A DNA stretch of 63,579 nt, filler included, from Polymyxa betae A26-41 (Eukaryota; Protista; Endomyxa: Phytomyxea): NCBI GenBank assembly GCA_003693705.1. It is 7 parts of 7 records of this genome, joined end to end, with 100 filler letters (N's around TTAATTAATTAA, not from the genome) between each part and the next. Parts side by side here need not be neighbours in the genome. Positions count along the whole stretch, not along the records: positions 61,558 to 63,579 come from RBZT01000964.1; 6 more parts are not named here. One strand, written 5' to 3'. Below are positions 62,303 through 63,579 of the stretch, in pieces. The notes under the pieces are model-generated. The model worked only from the letters and a program-made list of their open reading frames with translations. It ran no database searches and was not told where the DNA came from. Positions within the stretch are counted from its first letter, which is position 1. Each line of letters starts with the position of its first letter. The position numbers and the translations under genes are program-made.

Positions 62303-63579
62303 TATGCCATTTAGTGTGAGCCGCCGAGATCGCTTTCAGCGTTGCTATCTTCAAGATACTAACAGCAGATGCCTTTGGCGAGGGAAGTGGTCCTGTCATA
62401 TTCTACCCAGAACCTCAATCTGCCCTTACTTGATGGCTGTCCTGGTACGTTTACCTTTTCTTGATTTTCATCATGGTTTTATTTCATCTCGCGGGTCTGT
62501 TCATCCTGTTTTAATTTATTTACTGCTTACAACATGTATTATTTACAATTGATGTAAAACTATATCGTGCATCTAAATCAATATTATCATGGGTCAAATT
62601 TTGAATATTTCTCTCAGTGAGAGTAGCTGGATATCATCTATTGAATGCATAGATATGGGGTATTCACCAAACCTGCTAACCGACTGTGGAAGGTTCTTTG
62701 AAANNNNNNNNNNNNNNNNNNNNNNNNNNNNNNNNNNNNNNNNNNNNNNNNNNNNNNNNNNNNNNNNNNNNNNNNNNNNNNNNNNNNNNNNNNNNNNNNN
62801 NNNNNNNNNNNNNNNNNNNNNNNNNNNNTATCTCAGGAGTGATAACGCTCTGGTACAAGACTACAGGGTGATAGGAAGTCGAATGATTACCCATTTAGGT
62901 TGGTGAAGAGATAGTCAGATCAAGTCCACAAATATCGGGTGTCTCTTTTTCTGAGATTTGTCCTGATTCGATTCTAATAGTTTGTTGAAATTAGTTGAAC
63001 ACAATTCAATCTCATTTATAGGATCGTAGTTGTGGGCATTTTCAATAATTATCTGACAACGTCTTTACACATCTCTCCATTATCTACTTTAATAATAAAA
63101 CTACCTTGCCATTAAAGCTATCATTAATAACACAGCTCTCGTTCAAGGAGACAGTTATCGACTGCAACGGTGAAATCAAAGAGCTAAAACCTGCAAAATT
63201 TGTCTCGTGATGGTAATCTCACTAGATAGATGATTTAAATGTCAAAAATCAACTGAGAGCAAGCTGGGTCTTGGTTTAACTGATTCTAAAAGTAATTTCT
63301 ATGGAGCATGAAAAGGATAACGACGACCTAAGCGGCAGTATAAAAAATTAAGCTTGTTAGAAAGCAGAATTTTAGAAATGGCCATTTTCAAGGTTCTTTA
63401 GAGAATATACCTGAGCTGCAGCAGATCGAATTTCTCACGACCAACGTCTGTGGAGGCAATAGGTTTATGCGACCGATCCCAATAGTTTCAAGATGCAATG
63501 AGATTTCTTTGGTGATCGCTCAAAGATCAATAGGACAGTGCGATCTAAACTTTCTAAACAATTTGTGAGCTTCTATTAT

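Overview
This window is eukaryotic draft-assembly sequence, not prokaryotic: it has short GT-AG introns, Pol III tRNA genes, and LTR and DNA transposons. Six 100-nt gaps carry an artificial TTAATTAATTAA spacer, so adjacency across them is not evidence of linkage. An EFCAB10-like gene, ~45-110 nt introns, PA-domain 7TM receptor and TTTTAGGG-like motifs suggest a flagellated protist parasite, possibly a plasmodiophorid (inference only). Layout: (i) 1-2.4 kb, PIF/Harbinger element. (ii) 5-19 kb, an island of signal-peptide genes (a frameshifted membrane protein with a tubby/scramblase-like C-terminus, a PA-domain 7TM receptor, a signal-peptide PP5-like phosphatase split into opposite orientations, an SP+TM protein and a Cys-rich/mucin-like protein), plus tRNA-Glu, EFCAB10-like and a permuted inverted duplication. 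(iii) 21-27 kb, Copia and Gypsy remnants. (iv) 29.8-37.6 kb, a PTC7-like PP2C, a CLASP_N/TOG protein spliced in frame to two transmembrane helices, and tRNA-Ser. (v) 37.8-63.6 kb, a transposon graveyard: MULE with 9-bp TSD, Ngaro/DIRS gag, several chromodomain Gypsy elements, Harbingers, a TIR element, and Crypton-like and Tc1-like fragments. The best candidates for new biology are the membrane-anchored CLASP-domain protein, the secreted PP5-like phosphatase, the PA-7TM receptor/partner module, and a 14-bp motif shared upstream of two secreted-protein genes. All domain calls are by-eye motif recognition; no searches were run.
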